Source: a virus. From it: a DNA stretch of 64,000 nt. The notes under the pieces were generated by a model, which was given only the letters and a program-made list of their open reading frames with translations, did not search any database and had not been told where the DNA came from. The DNA is taken from positions 1-64,000 of the IMG/VR virus record IMGVR_UViG_3300036770_000877. One strand, 5' to 3'. A program made the translations under genes and the position numbers. Positions 58,885 to 64,000 of this stretch are shown here, in pieces. How positions within the stretch are numbered: position 1 is the stretch's first letter; the number at the start of each line of letters is the position of its first letter.

Positions 58885-59169
58885 TTATGAAAGCTTTATC
58901 CAAGCTGTGGTTTCTTCGTCCCAGCGATAAACTCCATCTTGAGGGGCTAATCCTGCTGGAGATTCCCACTCATAAGTTTCTTCATTAAATATCCAGGAAT
59001 TCCATGGTTTAATATCTATAAATTTATTGGACTCAAAATCATATGTTGATCCAATATGAGCATCTCTTGTTGACTCTGTTACTCTTACGTATCCAGCAGA
59101 GTTAAAAGATTCATCTCCAACAATTATATTAACTACTGTATTATTTATTACTTGTGCAAACTTAATCAT
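58885..59169 (-). CDS. Small Trp-rich protein (putative fibre assembly/partner protein)
   Basis: FAQV.NNTVVNIIV...KFIDIKPWNSWIFNEETYEWESP...YRWDEETTAW; paralog of 63210-63503. Confidence 0.7.
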   Translation of the reverse strand: MIKFAQVINNTVVNIIVGDESFNSAGYVRVTESTRDAHIGSTYDFESNKFIDIKPWNSWIFNEETYEWESPAGLAPQDGVYRWDEETTAWIKLS

Positions 59170-60254
59170 ACGATATAGTACCTCACTATCACTGCACCAG
59201 ACACTGCATTTTCAGTGCTTGAACCACCAGTTCCTCTTCCTCCAGCGCCATAATATCTTTCTGTAGCATATACTCCAGCTCTTCCAGGGCTATGCTGAGC
59301 TCCGCCGCCGCCAGATCCATAATATCTAGTTGTTCCTTCAATGTCTGAAGCATGCCCAGGTCCACCTGGCCAATCGCTATTAAATGAATTTCTTGTAAAT
59401 GCGCTTGGTGAACCAGCTGCGCCTGCTCCACCTACTCCATAATGATCTCCATTATTATGCTGAACATTGCCACCAGCAAAACCTCCGTGATGGGTTGGTG
59501 AGCCTGTAGTACCTAATCCAGTTCCTGCTGTTTGTGCTATTCCAGCTCCTCCAGTATATAATGATCCATTACTGTGCGCTCCAGCTCCGCCACCATTACC
59601 TCCAGCAATTCCGTTTTCATTATTACACCTTCCGCCGCCGCCGCCGAGAGCGTAAACATTTCCAAAATAAGTTGAGCCACCTACTTGCCCCGTACCAGAA
59701 CTAGAACCACCATATCCAACTGTAACTGAAGTGGTTCCCACTGCTTGGTATGCATTAAGCTTAACAACGTTTCCGCCACCTCCGCCGCCTCCATAGTGTG
59801 CTCCACCTCCGCCGCCTCCAACTAAAAGAACATTGATTAGTGGAAGTGCGTTATTAGGTAATACAAAGTTTCCTGATGATGAGATTACGGAAGGGAATGA
59901 AGCAATTGCTAGTTTACCTATAGATGGGTCTGCATCAAACGGGTTATTGTAAACAGATGTTGCCTTAACTTGCGCCTTATACAAAGAAATCATATCATTT
60001 GTGGGGGCAATTATATCAACTCTTGTAAATGAATGGCTAATGTAGGTAAGTTTATTTAATGCTGCTCCAGTACTTGTTCCAGCTCCAACAAAATATGCAT
60101 AACCATTTTCTTGGTTAGTTGAGTAAAGAGCATAGTACCCTGCTGAACCTCCTTGAGACCAAGAGCGATTGAAAGTTTCCATATGAACAGAAGCTATAAA
60201 ATTTAAATTTGCTTGGCCTCCGCCAGCTTGAGAAGGAAAACTGTTAATTGCCAT
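59166..60254 (-). CDS. Polyglycine-domain fibre tip protein
   Basis: NVLLVGGGGGG...SGAVIVRYYIV. Confidence 0.75.
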   Translation of the reverse strand: MAINSFPSQAGGGQANLNFIASVHMETFNRSWSQGGSAGYYALYSTNQENGYAYFVGAGTSTGAALNKLTYISHSFTRVDIIAPTNDMISLYKAQVKATSVYNNPFDADPSIGKLAIASFPSVISSSGNFVLPNNALPLINVLLVGGGGGGAHYGGGGGGGNVVKLNAYQAVGTTSVTVGYGGSSSGTGQVGGSTYFGNVYALGGGGGRCNNENGIAGGNGGGAGAHSNGSLYTGGAGIAQTAGTGLGTTGSPTHHGGFAGGNVQHNNGDHYGVGGAGAAGSPSAFTRNSFNSDWPGGPGHASDIEGTTRYYGSGGGGAQHSPGRAGVYATERYYGAGGRGTGGSSTENAVSGAVIVRYYIV

Positions 60255-60586
60255 TAAACGTCAAGCTCCGCTCCAAAGACGTTGAATGATACTAGGCCAG
60301 ATGACGACTGAACTGTAACTACGTCATTTTGATTAAGTGTAATTCCAAGATTGAGCGATGTTGTTGAGTTTGAATTAACTTGAACATCATATGCTAGATA
60401 CATGTCGTCTGTTAATGTAGCTCCATCTGGGCGTACTGAAATTCTATATGTAGCAGAGTTTGCATCTCTATTCGCTACTGTAATACAGTTAATAATAGCG
60501 TCTTTTGTTCCGCTAACTGTGTAAATGTCCCAGCTAGTATTTGCTGCTGGTGACTTTTGTCCTAAAACCTTATATCTAATTGCCAT
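60254..60586 (-). CDS. Small beta-sandwich virion protein
   Basis: YKVLGQKSPAA...ITVANR...LGITL...SFNVFGAE. Confidence 0.6.
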   Translation of the reverse strand: MAIRYKVLGQKSPAANTSWDIYTVSGTKDAIINCITVANRDANSATYRISVRPDGATLTDDMYLAYDVQVNSNSTTSLNLGITLNQNDVVTVQSSSGLVSFNVFGAELDV

Positions 60587-60590
60587 ATTT

Positions 60591-60953
60591 TTATATTCCT
60601 ACCGTAAAGAATGGATGTAGCGATGCTCCCGCTCCAGATACCTGGTTAATTGCGGAAACTCTTGCAGATTCAATATCAGCTAACGCAGTCGCCCTGTCTG
60701 AGTTAACATCTGACAAAGAGTTTACACGCTTTGTCTCTAATGAAGCTAAAGAAGTTGTTGTCTTTGTATCAAGTTCTGTGATCTTTGCTGCTGTGGCTGC
60801 TACGATGTCATTAACACCTAGTAGTCCTCCAAGTTCGCCTAGAGCCTTAGCCATGTAAATCATGTCTTGGGCGTTCATAGCCGTGCTTGAAATTGCGCTT
60901 GTCATTTCTGACTTTAGCGCATCAATTTGTGTTGATAAACTATCGTATGCCAT
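60591..60953 (-). CDS. Coiled-coil fibre-associated protein
   Basis: Heptad-rich; ends LHPFFTVGI. Confidence 0.55.
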   Translation of the reverse strand: MAYDSLSTQIDALKSEMTSAISSTAMNAQDMIYMAKALGELGGLLGVNDIVAATAAKITELDTKTTTSLASLETKRVNSLSDVNSDRATALADIESARVSAINQVSGAGASLHPFFTVGI

Positions 60954-60991
60954 TCATAATCACCAACCTTAGTATAGCACGAGTCATATTA

Positions 60992-61582
60992 TTAGATCCC
61001 CAATCCTAGCTCTAGGCTTGTTATTCTAGCATTAAAGCTATTTACTGTGGCTGTTAGGGAAGCTATTTGAGATGCTACCTCCGCCGCAAAGTTGGGGTTG
61101 TCGTTTAGAGCGTCTGACAGTTCGCTAAGCGTATTAAGAAGGGCTGGGGCAGCTCCTACAAGATTTGATATTGACGTGTCAGTATACGAGTTAGCAGAAG
61201 ACAGAGCGTTGGCTGCCGCTGAGGTTGCAAAAGTCTGGGTAGCCAGGAGAGCTGTATTGGCAATACCATGAACATTTGTAGTTACTGAGTTGTGGGTAGA
61301 TATATCTGAAGCCACTGATGAATTTGTAGCAAGAACTGCGGTGTCTGCAATTCCGTGGACATCTGTAGTATCATTATTATGAGCAGTAATTGCTGATGTT
61401 AAGTCTGAGGCTAGTAAGTTAGCATAATTTAAAATTCCCCAGGCTGAGGATCCATTACCAATCTTAAACTTATTTAATGTAGTATCAATTCCAATTTCCC
61501 CCGCTTGAAGAACTGGATTATAGGTAGTCCAATTTGCTGTAGTGTCTCTACGCAACTTAAAAGTAACATTCATTGTTGTCAT
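60992..61582 (-). CDS. Fibre protein with Mtd_N-like N-terminal domain
   Basis: KLRRDTTANWTTYNPVLQAGEIGIDTTLNKFKIGNG; two HxxxTTxVHGIA repeats; APALLNTLSELSDAL. Confidence 0.72.
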   Translation of the reverse strand: MTTMNVTFKLRRDTTANWTTYNPVLQAGEIGIDTTLNKFKIGNGSSAWGILNYANLLASDLTSAITAHNNDTTDVHGIADTAVLATNSSVASDISTHNSVTTNVHGIANTALLATQTFATSAAANALSSANSYTDTSISNLVGAAPALLNTLSELSDALNDNPNFAAEVASQIASLTATVNSFNARITSLELGLGI

Positions 61583-61785
61583 GCTGGGTTTGCGTCCCCT
61601 CCGTCATAAGAGACCATTGATGCTAGTCCACCTGTAACTAAATCTCCATCATATGTATGAGTATGTTCAAATACTACTGCTGGATCTGTAAATAGTTCCC
61701 AAAAAACTCCAGTCCAACGCCATCTAATGCCGTTAGATTCATATGTTTGACCAACCGCAGGGCTGGATGGAAATATTGTAGCCAT
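61579..61785 (-). CDS. Small virion protein (leaderless)
   Basis: MATIFPSSPAVGQTY...WRWTGVFW...HTHTY; TATAAT-6nt-ATG61785. Confidence 0.6.
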   Translation of the reverse strand: MATIFPSSPAVGQTYESNGIRWRWTGVFWELFTDPAVVFEHTHTYDGDLVTGGLASMVSYDGGDANPA

Positions 61786-61792
61786 AAAACTA

Positions 61793-63196
61793 TTATACCC
61801 TAACAGCGTATGAAGGAACAGTAATCTGTGATTGTGTTTGTGCAACTAAATAATAGTTGCTATTCTCTGTATAGTGTGCATATTGTGTTGCGCTTCCAGG
61901 TGTCTTTGCAACATTAAGAACTGGTGTTGGAGCCCAATACTGTGGTTTTTCAACTGGTGTTGGAAGGAATCCTGTAGCGATATAATCAGCCTTTGAATAC
62001 TTGTTATTAAACTTATCATACAAGTGTGTGGCATCTTCGTGGTATGTTCTACCATTCATGTGTCCGAGGGTAGTAAATGATGGTCCCTCTGAGAGCCCGA
62101 CGGTCTTAAAGTTCTTAATAGTTGTATATGAGTTAGTTGCTGGGTCGTAATATCCAAACCAGTAGTCAAATAAGACTCTTGATCCCTTATCTACTGCTGT
62201 ATAACGAGCACCTGAAATATAAACCTTACCCTGATAGGTAAAGATAAATGTTTCGTCTGCAGAAACTGACGGGAACCCATTCATCTTAGCAATTGGAGAC
62301 CATGTATTTGTAGTACCATTCCACTTATAGGCTAGATTTCCATAGTAATGAGATGTAGGAACATTTGATGTTTCTAAATAGTGCTGTCCAAATGTGTAGA
62401 CATTTCCGTCTCCAGGAGCAGCCATAAGAATATTCATTGTATTTAATGAGTCTGGGTATGCAGCCTTTGCTGTTTGAGTAAATGAATGTGTTGACATATC
62501 TTTTTCAATAAATGTTGTATACATTGTCTGGCTATGAGATTGAACTCCACCGCTTGAATTGTATACGCCGCCGCCAATGACATAAACTTTATTGTTTACA
62601 TAATCATGTGCAAATGAAGCACCACGATAGTTATTTGAATATAAATCTTGTGAAGCAAATGTTGAGCAGTTTACTACCTTACCAGCATAGTAAGCATTTG
62701 TAGATACATTATATGTAGGGTATGTCCATGCATAGTCAGTCCCGCCAACATTTCTTGTTGTAATAGTATTTGTTAGCTGAGTTGCTGGGGTTGTAGGAAT
62801 AGTAATGCTTGGTGTAGTATTAGTATTTGAACTAAGACCAGAAGCTACTGTAGCATTTGAGTTTGCTGGCCAGTAGATATAATCGCTATCGCTAACAAGA
62901 ATTATCTTTGCCCATTGCTTTGATGGGTTAAAGTTAAATGTAGTAGTTAGGTCTGGGTTTTCAAAAGACTCGTCAATTACGTTTCCGTCGCCATCTAAAA
63001 TATTAATATAGGCAACATTTGTAGGATTTGCTCCTGTAAATGTTAGGTTATAAATACCAGCATTTACAAGCATACCTACGTTAAGAATAAATATTCTTTG
63101 TTTGATTTGTGTTGATGTAGATGGGGCCTTAAACGTCAAAGTACCGCCTAGTGCGGGTAAGGAGTTTTTAGATACTAGATCTAAGGTTACTGCCAT
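61793..63196 (-). CDS. Kelch-like beta-propeller protein
   Basis: NKVYVIGG, GNVYTFG, WNGTTNTWSPIAKM, GKVYISG, YDPATNSY. Confidence 0.65.
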   Translation of the reverse strand: MAVTLDLVSKNSLPALGGTLTFKAPSTSTQIKQRIFILNVGMLVNAGIYNLTFTGANPTNVAYINILDGDGNVIDESFENPDLTTTFNFNPSKQWAKIILVSDSDYIYWPANSNATVASGLSSNTNTTPSITIPTTPATQLTNTITTRNVGGTDYAWTYPTYNVSTNAYYAGKVVNCSTFASQDLYSNNYRGASFAHDYVNNKVYVIGGGVYNSSGGVQSHSQTMYTTFIEKDMSTHSFTQTAKAAYPDSLNTMNILMAAPGDGNVYTFGQHYLETSNVPTSHYYGNLAYKWNGTTNTWSPIAKMNGFPSVSADETFIFTYQGKVYISGARYTAVDKGSRVLFDYWFGYYDPATNSYTTIKNFKTVGLSEGPSFTTLGHMNGRTYHEDATHLYDKFNNKYSKADYIATGFLPTPVEKPQYWAPTPVLNVAKTPGSATQYAHYTENSNYYLVAQTQSQITVPSYAVRV

Positions 63197-63209
63197 TTAT
63201 TTCCTCCTA

Positions 63210-63503
63210 TTAAGAAACTTCAAGCCAATCTTGTTCTTGTTCGCTCCAGGCCCATTTTCCACTAGCAGGCTTTTCTTTTGGTGGAGTCCATTCAAAAGAT
63301 TCTTCATCTAGAGTCCACGAATCAAATGGCCTGGATATAATAAACTTATTTTTTTCTTTAGAATAAAGTGATCCTGGTCCAGCCCATCCAGTTTCTTCTG
63401 TAACTTCAACATAGATTCCTTCTATCTCATCGATAAGAGATGGAACTGCTACTATTACTGATTCAACAATATTTTCTGAATTAATTTTTGCAAAGTTTTT
63501 CAT
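63210..63503 (-). CDS. Small Trp-rich protein (paralog of 58885-59169)
   Basis: FAKINSENIVESVIV...KFIISRPFDSWTLDEESFEWTPP...KWAWSEQEQDW. Confidence 0.7.
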   Translation of the reverse strand: MKNFAKINSENIVESVIVAVPSLIDEIEGIYVEVTEETGWAGPGSLYSKEKNKFIISRPFDSWTLDEESFEWTPPKEKPASGKWAWSEQEQDWLEVS

Positions 63504-64000
63504 GGTATATAGTACCTCACTATAACAACTCCTTGATCTGATCTATAAGGATTATTATTTCCGCCGCCTGAATCATGACTATGTCCACCTGATCTTCCAC
63601 CAAATCCGTAACCAGAGAATCCTGCAGTGTATTGTTCTGATCCGCTTCCATTATGGTGACCAGCACCACGACCTCCACCAGCATAAGATAAGTTTGTTCC
63701 AGTTATGTCAGAGTTATGGGCTAGACCTCCATTGCCTCCGCTGCCGTCAGCACCATTTCCTCCAGCACCGCCTGCTCCACCGCCGCCGCCGCCTCTACTG
63801 TTATGACTATTTCCTCCAGTAGAATTTCCTCCAGCAAAACCTCCGTGATATACGGGAGAACCTGCTGTTCCTAAACCTGTTGATGAAGTTTGTGTTATTC
63901 CAGAACCACCAGAGAATTGGCTATTATGTGCACCTGCGCCACCACCATTTGCACCAGAATGACCATTTCCACCATGGTGATTTCCATAACCTCCACCTAA
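63500..64000 (-). CDS. Polyglycine-domain fibre tip protein (5' truncated; paralog of 59166-60254)
   Basis: Manual translation LGGGYGNHHGGNG...GLGTAGSPVYHGGFAGG...GVVIVRYYIP*, ATGA overlap with the next gene. Confidence 0.78.
   Translation of the reverse strand, partial: LGGGYGNHHGGNGHSGANGGGAGAHNSQFSGGSGITQTSSTGLGTAGSPVYHGGFAGGNSTGGNSHNSRGGGGGGAGGAGGNGADGSGGNGGLAHNSDITGTNLSYAGGGRGAGHHNGSGSEQYTAGFSGYGFGGRSGGHSHDSGGGNNNPYRSDQGVVIVRYYIP

Noticed and set aside
60992-61582. Diversity-generating retroelement suggested by the Mtd_N-like domain and paralogous tips
   Set aside because: No reverse transcriptase and no near-identical TR/VR pair differing only at adenines in this window; Mtd_N is a generic fibre N-terminal domain
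1-64000. Alternative genetic code, tRNA genes, integrase/att site
   Set aside because: Conserved genes are full-length under code 11 and use all three stops; intergenic gaps are short and show no tRNA cloverleaf or T-loop motif by eye; no integrase

Overview
A 64-kb segment of a large tailed dsDNA phage genome, probably a siphovirus. Every credible gene is on the minus strand, and genes are tightly coupled by TAATG/ATGA stop-start overlaps. In the direction of transcription (right to left) there are five blocks. (1) ~64,000-42,200 is an array of fibre/adhesin-like genes (polyglycine tips, Ig/FN3, LamG, Kelch, P2-gpH-like shaft motifs). It is interrupted by a three-gene cassette with its own promoter: an intact flavin-dependent tryptophan-halogenase homologue, a DUF6065/dUTPase-fold-like protein and a 3-TM membrane protein. 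(2) The head module has portal, protease-scaffold, HK97 major capsid and head-tail connectors. (3) The tail module has major tail protein, a tail assembly chaperone with a -1 frameshift, an 1854-aa tape measure, and minor tail proteins including an FN3/S74-chaperone spike. (4) The replication/recombination module has a metallophosphoesterase, DnaB, primase, gp32-like SSB, DnaE, MazG, RecA, Hjc-like, Cas4-like and RuvC-like nucleases, a SAM methyltransferase and a dNMP kinase. (5) Terminase is followed by a secreted PA14-like protein that runs off the left edge. Gene content and order resemble large actinobacteriophages (Streptomyces BE/BK type). Together with the AT-rich composition and leaderless extended -10 promoters, this suggests a phage of low-GC (e.g. 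freshwater) Actinobacteria; this is inference. I saw no tRNA, CRISPR array, integrase, reverse transcriptase or obvious endolysin. The best candidate for an undescribed system is the halogenase cassette embedded in the polyglycine-fibre array. All family assignments come from motif recognition by eye, not database searches.
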